DNA from: Camelus ferus
Taxonomy: Eukaryota
Reading direction: 5' to 3'
Assembly: GCF_009834535.1 (NCBI RefSeq)
Contig: NC_045697.1
Coordinates: 26,600,001-26,664,000 of the forward strand
DNA: 64,000 nt
Both the position numbers and the translations under genes were made by a program. The notes beneath the pieces are model-generated. The model was not told the origin of the DNA. It saw only the letters and a program-made list of their open reading frames with translations, and ran no database searches. Below, piece after piece: positions 51,501-64,000 of this stretch (positions are counted from its first letter, which is position 1; the number at the start of each line of letters is the position of its first letter).

Positions 51501-53839
51501 TACTTAATCATAATAGTATTTTGTTCATGTCAGATCTGTAATTGAATCTTGGTATACATTCATAAGATCACATGAACTCCATGTGAAAGATTTGTCAATT
51601 ACCAGTCTCAAAATGGGGCATAATTAATCCATGCTAGTGCTTTTGAGTTTGTTTTACTCTGGAATAAGGTGTAGCAGTTTGGTTGAACATATGTTGTCTT
51701 AGAGATCTTTTTACCTTTCAAGCAAATGAGAAAATTTTATGTTGGTTTAATAATAGTGCAGACACTTAGAAGGTTCAGCTTTTAATACTCTTTTTGCGAG
51801 ATCGAAACAGAAAATCCTCATTTCAACAAATGGGTATCATCTATTTCTTTCAAATATGAATAGATTGATGAATGACAGATCAATACAGAAGGGAGAACCA
51901 GTCTCTTTTCTAGATTCGTCAGAGGTTGACACCTACCTCTGCTATTTGACAGTTGTCCTGCAAGATGGATGTTTTAAATGTAGCTAGGACCCCATGCTCA
52001 TTGCTATTAATATTTGATGGATTGAGCATCATGTTTGTTTTCAAAATATTCCAAAATAAGTTTTTAGATAAATCAGTCTCCAACTTAGATACATGTCGCT
52101 CTCTAATTACTCTAATAGAAACAAACACAGACATGCAGCAGCAGATGCCAAACACCAGTACAAATAGTTTAGTCTGCCCTGGTCTTCATAATACTTCCAG
52201 ACTCTAATGATGAAAGCCAGATAGCTTTTTTCTGCATTATTCAGAAAAAAAGCTAAAGACATCTTTAAATGAGGCTAAATATATGCACTTTTCAAATTTC
52301 TACTTATCTGTCTTTTCCCAGCAACTAGAATATAAATTTCCTAAGTGTTTTTATTTATTACGGAATCTTCTAAAGAGTCCCTTGCCTATAGTGGAAGTTC
52401 AAATAATCGTGGGCTAATCAGTTGTTAGGCATAACAGAATAAGTGGCTCTGACCTAAAGCCAATATAAGCCCTAAAGCAATATGCTTTTTTTTCAAAAAG
52501 CTTTTACAACAAATGCACACAAACTCTTTTTAGAAAATTTTCTAATACAGTATATCTAGAAAGACACTATCCTTGCTAAGTTAATTATATTTGTAAGTAA
52601 GATAAAGCACAGAATATTACAAAACCATGGCAGCATTCAGTCCCTCTATTGAAAATGATTAATATGAATTCTAGGCTAGCAAGAATCCATCATTTATAAC
52701 TGAACCATGGGTTTTATGCCATGTGTTGTTCCTAAAGTGGAAAACAAATTTTGCTTAACATATTTATAAGTTTTTCAAGTGGCTACATTCTCAAAGACAA
52801 AGTCTGAAAGAAAAATACAAACGGCAAAAATGGACAAAATGTAGATAAAATGAAAGCTTCAGGTAATAAAGAGATCAAAAGTAGGAAGTATAAGTGGCTT
52901 ATGGTTGAACAATGGAAGAGAAAACTTTCAAAAAGTGCATTGCACAGAAGCCACCATAGTGATTATTTAGAAGAGGTCAGAGTTGGGAATAAAGCATCGT
53001 CCAGTATAGTCCTTATATAAGCTGTACATCTCACTTCTCCAACAGCTCCTATGTAATAATATCCAGCATTAATACATGAACACGTCTGGTTTTATGGCCC
53101 TCACAATTTCCTAAGGCCCCATTCCATTGTTGACAGCTTCAATTGTGAGAAAATTTTTATTGTAATGAGTCAAAATTATTTTTTCAAAATGTATAGCAAA
53201 GTTGGTTATGAAAAAGCAATAATCTTAGAAAATTAAGCTAATAATTTTTTTGTTATGGTGGTTTATATTTAATGAAAGATTGGAATAAATCCAAAATATA
53301 CTTGAGTATTGAGGTTATATGTCATAACTAGAAATACTTCCTTCTTTCTTATAATCTAAGCTCCTGAACTATCCCAGCATCCTAACACAGCCTCAATAAA
53401 TACCAACTGACATGCTCTACACTTTAAACTTATGCAGTAATCTAAACTTATACAGTGAATTATTTCTCAATAAAACTGGGCAAATAAATAAATAAATACC
53501 AACTGAATGTGAATAAATTAACAAAGGGTAATTGGAAAGTGTCAATATTCCCAGATACTGACAGTCAGACTAATGAAGTCCTTATGAAAATTAAATATAA
53601 AACAGATGCCCTAATGATTAGTGGGAGCACAATTCGTGAGGACTTAGAGCCCCAAGAGTAAAGGAGAGATCGGTACAATTAAGCAAATGTTTGGTGATCC
53701 AGCCAGGGGTAAATATATTGCTGTAGGTAGAGTGCCATGTGCTAGGACTAGAATAGAAATGTATAAAAGGTATTGACAGGACATGGAGGAAGGAGCTACT
53801 GACTCTGCACTAATGAGGTGGGAGAAGAGTTCATTTATT

Positions 53840-54210
53840 AATTTACTCATCTAACAGATATTTATTAAGCACCTCTTAGGTACTATGTACTGTTCTAGAG
53901 ACTGATGATACAACAGTGAAAAACAGTCAAAAATTCCTGTCCTTCTGAGCTGACATTCTAGTAAGGAGATATAAAAAATGCATAACGTGCAAATGTTAAG
54001 AAGTCCTGTGCAGAATAAGAAATTAGTGTAAGGAAATAAGAAAGTAAACAGAATAAGGTGGTAAGTAAAGTCCCCCTGATAAGGTGACATTTAAGCAGAC
54101 TTTTAACCTTGAGATGACATTTGACTTGGTTCTAAAAGGATGTATAGGAAGTCACCAGAAAGAGAGTTGGGAAAGGAATTTTCAGATATAGAAAATAAGG
54201 AATGAAAAAC
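53840..54210 (-). mobile_element. L2 3' end
   Basis: atttattaagcacctcttaggtactatgtactgttctag..cctgtccttctgagctgacattctagt..aggtgacatttaagcagac. Confidence 0.75.
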
Positions 54211-54834
54211 CCCAGAGACCCAAAATAATTTTGGGAAATAATTTTTTACCACCAAATATCTATTTCTTCTTCTGATAATGTCACCTTACCATTTCTTTAG
54301 AAAATCACTTCTCCCCATTATTCACCCATGTGTTTCAGATTTCAAGTAAAACATGTATCCAAGACCTGACCAATTAAAGCATTGTATCCCTTACATTGTT
54401 GAGTAAGTAACTCAGAATTGTCCAGTTATGGTAAATCCTTGGACTTGTCTGAGGGGTTCCCAAAAAGAGATGTTCTCTCTTTTGCATGGGGATTTCCAAT
54501 AGTTACAATAATATGAGCCTAAAGATTAAGGAAGCCATCGTGCAGAGCCATAGTATGAAAATAACACAGTATGAAGCAGAGCCAAAAGACAAATGCAAAG
54601 CTGAAGATTGATCTGCATTCTTGAATTCCTAGATAAAACCCTGCTTGAAGCTAACTTTAGCCAGGTATTTTTAAGCTTTATGAATGTATGTATTTCTTTT
54701 TGGCAGTGAACTTGATACTCTATCATTTGCTTATCAAACAGTCTTGATGTAAAGAATAGATCAAAGAAAGGATGGTCAGATATTATTTCAGATGGTACTT
54801 AATGATGGTACTTAAGCAAGTGTTTCACAGAGAT

Positions 54835-56095
54835 TCCTATCAAACTATATTACAAAGCAGTAGTAATCAAAATATTATGGTATTGGCATAAAAACAAACA
54901 CATGGATTGATTGAACAGAATAGAGTCCAGAAATAAACCCATGCATATATGGTCAATTAATTTGTAACAGAAGAGCCAAGGATATACTGAAGAATAGTCT
55001 CTTCAATAAATGATGTCAGGAAAACTGGATAGCTACATACAAAAGAATGAAACTGGTTGTCTACCTTACACCGTACACAGAAATCAATTAAAAACAGATT
55101 AAAAATTTGAACATAAGGCCTGAAACCATAAAACTACTAGAAGAAAACATGGGGGTAAGATCCTTGGCATTGGTCTTAGCAGTAATTTATTGGATTTGAC
55201 AAAAAGAGCAAAGGCAACAAAAGAAAAGATTATCAGATACATCAGATACAGAGATACCTCAAACTGAAAAGCTTCAGTACAACAAAGGAAACCATCAACA
55301 AAATGAAAAGGTGACCTACAGGATGAGAGAAGATACTTGCAAATCATATAACTGGTAAGGAGTTACTATCTAAATATATAAATTCAGCTGTGGAAAAACA
55401 AACTGATTGAAAAATAGAGGAACAGAGTAGATATTTTTGAAAAAGACATACAAATGGCCAAAAGGTACATTAAAAAGTGCTCAACATCCCTAATCATCAG
55501 GGAAATGCAAATCAAAACCATAATGAGATATTACCTCATATCTCATTAGAAAATCAGAATCTCATCAAAAAGAGAAGAGTCAATAAGTTGGCAAGGATAC
55601 AATGAAAAGGGAACACTTATGTTGGTGGGAACGTAAATTGGTGCAGCTATGGAAAATAATACGGAAATTTCTCAGAAAATTAAAAATAGAACCACCATAT
55701 GATCCAACAGTTCCACTTCTGTGTATATCAAGAGACATATACACCCCCACCCCATTCAGTGTGGTATTCACAATAGCAAAGATATAGAAACAACCTAAAT
55801 GTCCATCAATGAGTGAATGAATAAAGAAATTATGAGATATATATAGATATATACACACACACACACATATATGTATACAATGAAACATTATTCAGCCATG
55901 AAAAAGAAGGATATCTTGCCATTTGTGACAACCTTGAGGACATTATGCTTAGTGAAATAAGCCACATAACGATAAGTACTGCATGGTATCATTTATATTT
56001 GGAATCTAAAACAAAAAGTCAAACTTACAGAAACACAGAGTAGAAAAGTGTTTGCCAGGAGCTTGGAGGTGGGGGAAATAGGGAAAGGAGAGGTA
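54835..56095 (+). mobile_element. L1 (L1MA-like) ORF2 C-terminus + partial 3'UTR
   Basis: caaactatattacaaagcagtagtaatcaaa, LKIEPPYDP, gggaaatgcaaatcaaaaccataatgagata, tatatttggaatctaaaa. Confidence 0.88.
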
Positions 56096-56369
56096 TCAGA
56101 AAGAAAAAAGACTTCTAGGAAAACTTTATGCTTGCCTTTAAAGGAAGTGACATTGAAGAAGCACTGAGAAAGTGGGGGAGGCAGTTTCCAAATATAGAGT
56201 AAAATGTTGTGAGGTATTTAGAATGCCTACTCACAGAACCTTGGAGAAGGCACCTTCTCTGGGTTACTAACTCAATAATAATGTGCACATGTGTTAAGTA
56301 AGCACAGTAGGTACTGTGGTGAGCAGCACTCTGTGGGTACAAAAATGGATTTAACATTTATATTTTCTT

Positions 56370-56759
56370 AAAGAGACAGCTAGACAGTAGTTAAAGTAAA
56401 AACAGATTAGGAGAAAAGAGACTTCAACTCAATTCCAAAGACCACAAGGACAATTGGGGACTTATAGCCAAGGTGCAGAATGAGGGGGTCAGTGGTTGGA
56501 AAATTACCAAAGAGGAGATATCAAGGGTAGGGGAAACTCTTGCTAAACTGACCTAACAGGATTCTTGCTGAAGGCAGGCCAGGGTGATCAGATATCAAGG
56601 GTGGTGAGATTCTCTCTAAGGTGACTTGGCAGGATTCTTGTTACAGTTGGGCTATGCAGAACCAGCAATGGAACAGGAAGGAGTGGGGCATGTGTAAGTT
56701 TTGGCCTAGTTCAGAATAGAGCACAGAATGAAGTTTGGTCAGGGAGACCGTCTTTATCA
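56370..56759 (-). mobile_element. MER31/MER67-like ERV1 LTR
   Basis: Internal imperfect direct repeat gatatcaagggt...caggattcttg (about 56517-56568 and 56591-56642); caggccagggtgatcagatatc. Confidence 0.65.
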
Positions 56760-57039
56760 GTATGAACACAAATTTCAGTATGTTTACAGTCATTTCTTAG
56801 TTGACTGATGCTCCTGTGTTTCGATAACATGATAGCTGGGGGGATATTTCTCACAGTATAAAGGACAATACACTTTAGAATCTTGAAAAAAGTATCTGTT
56901 GTTTTGAACTCAACTAAATCCATACTTTTCCCTATTTCCTATAGACATGTTATCATGACTGAACTCTAACCTACCTAAAATTATAAATACACTACATCAT
57001 AAACTACACATCTACCAATCTACCTAAATGGTTCTTGGG

Positions 57040-57225
57040 TGGTATTTTGCTTAAAGTGTGATCTAAAATGCACTTACATCAGAATCACCTGAAAGACTTG
57101 TTAAAAAAAAATGCTGGGCCTTATAGACCAACTGGGTTGAAATTTCTCATAGTGATGCTCAAGGGTGTACTTTTTAATAAGAATTCAAGCCTATTCTCAC
57201 GCACACTAAAGTTGAAGAGCTATTC
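57040..57225. mobile_element. MER5A-like hAT-Charlie MITE
   Basis: aaagtgtg..catcagaatcacctg..cttgttaaaa..atgctgggcc..ttctcacgcacactaaagttgaagagcta. Confidence 0.75.
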
Positions 57226-60200
57226 AACCATGGAGTAAATACAGGGTAGATTTTAGATAAAATAAGACTAAAATTTATTGATACCTACTATGTTCTTTAT
57301 AAGCTTTATACACCCAGTCTTATTTAATTATCAAAACAGAATGATAAGACAAATAATTCTGCTGTTTTAAAGATGCTAAGATTATATCAGAGAGAACTAA
57401 ATCATGGGCTCAAATCCACACATCTGGGAAGTGCCCAGGCTGAAAGAGAATCTAACTAAAACTGACACCCATGACTTTACCAGGCTATCTCCTTCCCCGT
57501 GCCCTTATTTCTTGGGTTATTGCATAAGAATCTTCCCTCCACAAAAGCATTTTTTTAATGTTGACAATACTAATTTGGATTGGAAATGCTCTATTACATA
57601 TAGCTGGGTTGGTCCCTGACCTCAAGAAAATATCAGATGTTTCCCAGATTATCATTTCTTTGTAAAAGGTGGTCAGTATTATACATCTTCAGCCTATGCC
57701 TAACTCTCTCCCTCTGATTTCAGGAAGTCCTGAAATCTCATTTTTGCCTTATAATTCTGGCAGGTGGATTAAAAGACATTAAGGTAAAGATATCTAATTT
57801 CCTTAACATCTAATTTTATCCACATCCTTTTTCCACTTGTGGAAGTATGGTGCTTTGACTGTTTCAATGTGTTAAATAAAGTAATTATTCTAATGATAAG
57901 AAGTCTTTTATTATGAATCTAACTTTTCTGGCACTGAACCAGACACAAAGACTCACTCTTGGGAAACCTCACTATCTAGATGCCTGAGAGACATTAAATA
58001 AACTATTATGGTACAGTGGATTACATATGCATATCTATGAAGGGATGTGTGCATAGGGATGACCTCTGTCTGGGGAAGTGGATGAATGAACAACTTCACA
58101 GAGAAAAGACACATGTGCTAGAAGAGCACCAAGAAGAGAAACAAAGCCCATTCCAAGGAGAGTAGAGTATTGAGACAGTGCACTACAGTTGTGTAGTGCT
58201 TGCCCCTTAAGTATCTGCATCAGGTCTTTCCCAGCTTCTTCACCCGGTCCATTAGGGACCCAGATAGGTGATTTCACCTGCTGTCTTTTTAGTGCCCAAA
58301 AAGTAGTGATCATTTTCACTTGGTTTATTGAATCAGTATCATGAATTATTCTGATTTTAAAGAAGCTATTCCTGTTGTAAGCACTAAATCAGTGTAATTC
58401 CTTTCATAGTCTTTAATTGCACTAAAAAACTTTGAATTAGAATCTAAGAAGGATTTTTTATGAGACAATGAAAGATATTTGATAAGTATTTGGGAATTTC
58501 TTCCTAGTAATACTTTAAGAAAAACTGTAAAGTGTTGTGGAATCTAAAAACAGGAGCATGAAAGTATATGGTCTCCTGAGAGTTTATTAATACATAAAGG
58601 ATGCTGTGAACTTTATATCAAACTGCCTTCATTTAAAAGGGCATTAAGATGAGTACTTAAACATCTTGAGGTTTTCTTTGGTCTCTTTTAAACACTGTGT
58701 CAGCATGCTTGGTTAACTATGGCATTTACTTGTTTTCTCTGAATTACCACATTTCTATTTGGTATAAATACACCTAGTCTTCACCTACCACTGTAATTTC
58801 CTCCTCTTTTTAAGACAATATTTTCTGAAATAAATACTGGTGTTATTTAAATTATACAATTTTCTCAGTTTTAGTATTTCTACAGGTTGATTTGTAACTA
58901 TATCTCAAAGTAAAATGGCTATCTCCATGACTTATAAGTACTTAGACTATTATTTCATGAAACTATGGAAAATGATTTCAAGTGAGACCAGAAAATGGGA
59001 AAATATATTCTTGACAGAAAATAACTCATCAAGATGTTTCATTCGCTCTTGTGTTGTAGAGAATATTGTCATATTAAAAATTCAGAAATACTAAATTTCA
59101 GTCTTGAAAAAGCATACTCATCTATAAAAATACATGACTGTCAAGATTCACATTATATTTTTCCCGTAAAACACATTTTAATATAACCTTAATGATATGA
59201 AGTGAGGGAAGAACTAGGCATTTAGACCCATCATCAGGAAAGCTAGGAGTCAAGGAAATATTCTTAAACAGCTTGAAATCTAATCTGTAAAGATATAGTG
59301 AGAAAGAATGCAACAATAATGATGTATATTTCTTAACTCACATACATTTGCTTCATTTAAATTTTCTCCTCATGACATCCTAACAGATGTCAGGCAAAAT
59401 ATAGCAAATTCATCCAAAGTCCCATCCTCTCTGTTTCTCAGCATACTAGACACTGTGAGATTTTACCTTGCTCCATTTCCCTACCTCATTCCTTACTCAC
59501 ACCCTAGAACTTGTCTTCAACCAGGGTGACTGTGCATATTCAATAACAGCCCTCCAGTCTCTCGTTCTCAAACCATAAGTCCTCATCCTCCAGTCTGTTC
59601 GGCCCCCTTATTATCACTCAAGCCCCATAGAGACCTCAAGTTCCTTAACTTCACGCTTGTTTCCCAGTAAATGAACGCCTTTCTGACTCTACTTCCTTCC
59701 TGGTACATCATTTCAACAACTTCCTGGTCAACACCCTCAGCATGTTCACTCATTTATGAGTCCTCCTGATACAAAAGCCCTGAAGATCTTAAGTATTTTC
59801 CAACTTATAAAGCCTCACTTTAGATTGGTATTTCCAGAAAATAACTGGGTCATAATATAGGGTTGCCTGTTTCAGGTGCTTTATAGCTTCCTTTCAAATC
59901 AGACTCTATTCTGCAGTTAGTCAAACATCTGAATCAGTTAATGTTTGTTGGAGGCAACAGGGGTCACACAGTATATCTAACAACTGGTCAATTGGAACAG
60001 ACACTGTATGAAAAATTTCAGCTGTTAAAGCCAGCCAACATCCACTCTTGCTGCAAAGAATAGGAAACAACTCCAGAAAGGAGCAAGGAAGAGGAAGAAA
60101 GCAAGAAAATAAAGGGAAAATTGGGTGACTCACAGTCTATTTTTTTTAAAAAGCACTGAATGACACAGTCTTTGGAAGGAGAGAGGGAGAGTTGGGTTCA

Positions 60201-60559
60201 CTTTTTTGGAACTAGGGAAAGTTGGGTTCACATTTAATTGTTTCCAAATGTTTATATTTAGTTTAATGATATGATATTGACATTATTATGGCAATAAGAT
60301 GCATTTACTAAGTATGCTGTACAAGATAATTATTGGTTATTTTGAATTTAAAATCTAAGAGAAAAAATTTTAATCACATGATAACTCGATCATAATTATG
60401 CACTTTTTGGGGAGAGTTGTAATAATATGGATTTGGATTTACATTAAGTTTTAGATTGAAAAGAAAATGGTGAGATTCCAACAAGGTGGCAGGACATTTG
60501 TCCCATTTACAAGTCAATCACATTTTTACACTTTAGTAGAAATTTTGATTTTGTTCAGA

Positions 60560-60905
60560 CTTTTGTGACAGAGCCTGATATTCCTCTTCCAATATATATT
60601 CTCTTTTTTTTCCCCAAACTTTGACTTTTAGTTAGACTCATAACCAATCAAAAAAAAAAGAAAAGGACATTTTCCAGCATCCTTTAAGTGTGGTCATATG
60701 ACGAAGTTCTAGCTGATGCTTACAAGTAAACATCTTGTGTTTACCTTTTGAGAAAAGGGTTTGCCCTCCTTATTTTCTTTCCTCCTTCTTGCTAGCTGGA
60801 AAACTTCTTTCACATACCTAACAGAGAAATGAACTTTTATTTTTTTTAAGCCATTGTTGTTTTGAGTATTTACTGTCATTCAAGCTAACTTAGTTCCAAC
60901 TAAAA
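60560..60905 (+). mobile_element. MLT1(J-like) LTR remnant
   Basis: acattttccagcatcc..gtgtggtcatatgacgaagttctagc..ttttaagccattgttgttttg..caactaaaaca. Confidence 0.5.
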
Positions 60906-62889
60906 CAAAATTAAAGAACTAGATGAAAAAATAATAAATCTACCTTCATGTTAGGTAAGAGAAATTACCTAGAAGCAAATAATTTTAAAATATTGTTTAA
61001 AGGGTATTTTGAGGGATCCTACAGTTCTCCTCTTTTTGGTTAACTATCCAAACTGCTTAAATTTAGTAGTCTGCTTAGAAGACTCAGTTAATAATTGTAG
61101 TAACATGATAGAGGCCTCATTTTGCATAGCTACTGCAGTACACATTTGCTGCATTATTTAAGAACTTCAGTTCTGACATAGAGGATAAGAAAAACAAATG
61201 GGCTAAATGAAACATTAGATATGCTGAGTACAATTAATAAATAAGGTGGTACTTATAAAGACAGGAAAAACTCCTAAGGTGTGTTGGGTATATATAGACA
61301 GATAAGTTAACCTAATAAACGTGTAAGACACAGATAATGGTAAATGAAATGTGAGTGTTAAACTTACATAGAAAGGGCAGAAAAAAACAAGAGGTGCTTA
61401 ATATTCATGTTTGATGAGGAAAAATCTGGAAAGGGTTCAATGGGTGGTATTTAACCATCCAGTTGCTCCCCGGTTGCTAGAATTAAACTTGATAGCTTGG
61501 TTGAACTGACTGTTTTACTTTTCAGAGAGAAAACAGTAAAAGCTTCAAATACAGATGAGAGTAGGCCTCCTGAGATCATTGTCATGCATTGTCCAGTCAG
61601 ATGTCCAGGACTGCCTTTGGAATTTGCTCACTGTTCCTTTTGGAAAGTCTCCTACATTCCCTCATATCATGACTAAGTTTCGTAGTTGTTTATACTTTGT
61701 CACTGCCCAATAATATACTGGCAGTGTGTACCAGTTCTGTTTGCTCCCTCAAAGATCTTACTGCAAATTCTATCACAAAAACAGTCAAATTTCAACTGAT
61801 ACATCTGTGCTCTCACTTAGCACAAGTGCTAAGTGCTAAGGTGTGCTCTCACCTTGCTACAAGCTGCAAACCTCCAGAAGAGAGGTGTCTCATGAACTTA
61901 CTGATCCTTGAGCTGAAGGAAGCGCTGTAGGATTAATAGGCTGTTTGTAATGAATGTGGCTGCCACCATCAACCAAACAATGAAATATTGTAGCTCTGGA
62001 TCCACTGCTTCAGAGCAAATAACAAAATGGATTAACTCTTCAGAAGAAAATAACAGCCACAGCCTGATATTTCATCATCTCATCACACCATCAATTGAAA
62101 TGGCTAAGGATCTAAAAACAAATTTATCAGTAGCTAAGTCAAAGAGAGTAATATCCTATACATTAACAAATTAAAAATAAAAGTCAACCTTTTAATGATC
62201 CATGGATAGAAGCAAAAAATAAAAGATTTCTAAATAGGCCCAACGCACAGGTGAAAATTTATTAATTTTTTGAGACATATATGTTATTTCATTTAGAGGA
62301 AAATCTACAATTTGGTTATCTTCCCTATAATTTTTTTTTTAATTCAGAAAAGTCAATCACATGTATAGAAAAGGGCCACCACTTCCATACCTCAAGTTTT
62401 TTGTCAGTAGCTCTGGTTTCCCGGCCTCTGGTTTTCCTTTTCCCAAAACCGCTCTCCATCCTGTCATCGCAGAGCATTTTTCTGCCAGCTTTATTGACAT
62501 ATAATAGAAAAACAAAAATTGTGTATGTTTAAAATATACAGCTTGGTATGTTGATGAAATATCCATCACCACCAGATAACTTTTTATCTTGGCAACGTGA
62601 TTGTGTCAGTCCTTTGCTTAAAACTCTTTAGTGACTCACTAACAAGATAAAATCTGAAGTCCTTTGCAAGCTAGCTCCTTCACAATACGAACTGTTTAAC
62701 TTAGGGGCCAATTGTCCCTCTCCCTTGCCGTGTTCTCTGCTTCACTCCCAGGTATCTTGGGTGTATCTGTGTGTGTATGTATAACAAATATTTATATCTT
62801 ATTATAGTGATATAATGGGAAACTTTACTTTGGCTCTTAAGTAAAGAACCAAAGAGTAAATTTGTGGAGACATACAATTCTTTCTCTCT

Positions 62890-63190
62890 CTCTCTCATTC
62901 ATTCATTTGCTAAACATTGTTTTAGCAGTAGACAAAAACAAAAACAAAAAACAAAACAAGCAAGGTTTTTGCTCCCATAGAATTTATGTTTTAGAAGAAG
63001 ACAAACAGTACACACAAATAAATATAAAAAGTTGGTGCTAAATGCAAAGCAGATAAATAAAGCACAGTAAAGTAATAGAGAGTGACCACAGTGGAGGGGA
63101 GGAGGAAGGGGAGGGTACTGCTATCTGAGGCATATTTCTCAGGAGTCTCCTCAGGTTGTGGCATTTGAGCAAAATCTGAAAGTTGCCTCT
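62890..63190 (-). mobile_element. L2 3' end fragment
   Basis: cattcattcatttgctaaac..tttttgctcccatagaatttatgttttag..gtggcatttgagcaaaatctgaa. Confidence 0.6.
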
Positions 63191-63341
63191 GACTTCTGGA
63201 GGATAGGCCTAGTGCATATTTTTGTTTCAGTATAGCATTTTCATTTATATATTTATGTATAATGCAACATTTTCAACACTCTGATGCAGTTTACCATGTA
63301 ATTCCCAAAATACCACCCAAAAAATTGAAGCCCATTAATAC

Positions 63342-63681
63342 TGTAAACTGAATAAACAGAAATTTCAATTAAACAGAGTTGTGAGACCAGAAGCGGGAAT
63401 TCCCACACCCTGCAATGATAGTAGAGCCCAATAGGAAGGAGAAAGATTCCTCTTCTTTCCCGGCAAGGGCTTAGCCAAGGAAGAGTCATGAGCTCTTAGT
63501 TTACCGTAGCTGTCTCAACTTCCTTTTCCTCTCTATAAAGGCTTTTTTCCTTCCCTTGCTGCATGGGATCTTGCACATGGCTCACCATGGTTGCATACCC
63601 CAAATTTCAATTCTCTGATGATCGAAACAAACCGATCTTTGCTGATGAAATATCTGGCAGTCTGTTTGTTTCAGGTCAACA
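63342..63681 (+). mobile_element. ERV1-class solo LTR (340 bp)
   Basis: TG...CA termini, TATA-like ctataaa near 63532, near-identical 4-bp flanks ATAC/ATAT. Confidence 0.6.
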
Positions 63682-63899
63682 ATATAGGCCTTAAAGTTAC
63701 TATAGTCACAGAGAAATGTATAAATGAGTTGATTTCTTACTACATTAAACAACAGAATAAATAATATTCAAAAATCATCTTAAGCCTCTGTAAAGGCTAG
63801 GGGGATAATATTTAGTTGCAACTGTGTAAAGGCCGTGCATTGTCTTGGTTTATGGAATTACTGGTTTTCTCATTGTATAAACATGCACTTTTAATGGCA

Positions 63900-64000
63900 T
63901 ATTTTAAACCTTTTATTTGAAAATAATTTTGAACATGCAAGAATAGTACAAAAGATGCTTGTATCTGTTTTACACAGATTTACCATTGTTAATATCTTGC
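63900..64000 (-). mobile_element. Old L1 3' end, runs off the window
   Basis: cttttatttgaaaataatttt..gcaagaatagtacaaaag..tttacacagatttaccattgttaatat. Confidence 0.6.

Noticed and set aside
61495..61680. + strand acceptor ctgac..tgttttacttttcag followed by a ~50-codon frame
   Set aside because: No convincing donor, and the peptide is unrecognisable.
1..64000. CRISPR arrays, rRNA/tRNA, operons, processed pseudogenes or ERV gag/pol/env
   Set aside because: None seen; tandem repeats are short microsatellites or local duplications, and every recognisable protein fragment is L1-derived.

Overview
AT-rich, CpG-depleted eutherian mammal genomic DNA, intergenic or deep intronic. I recognise no host protein-coding gene, no rRNA or tRNA and no prokaryotic-type system. 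The dominant feature is a young full-length LINE-1 on the minus strand (~26610-33708). It has a CpG-island 5'UTR with a YY1 site, ORF1, a ~400-nt inter-ORF spacer and ORF2 (endonuclease, RT and CCHC motifs), and it ends in a poly(A)/GAAA tail with a probable 13-bp TSD. It is broken only by frameshifts, mostly at homopolymers, and sits inside an older MLT1-type LTR. The rest is the usual mosaic of 5'-truncated L1s, L2, MIR, solo LTRs and hAT MITEs. Family names were assigned by eye from remembered consensus sequences, not by a search. The L1 3' ends and the lack of recognisable Alu, B1, Bov-tA, PRE-1 or Can-SINEs suggest a camelid (inference). The best leads are several well-formed splice-site pairs in unique sequence (notably a 24-nt RBFOX-flanked microexon candidate at 8923-8946) and unusual architecture within the L1. 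I found no convincing evidence of a novel biological system.
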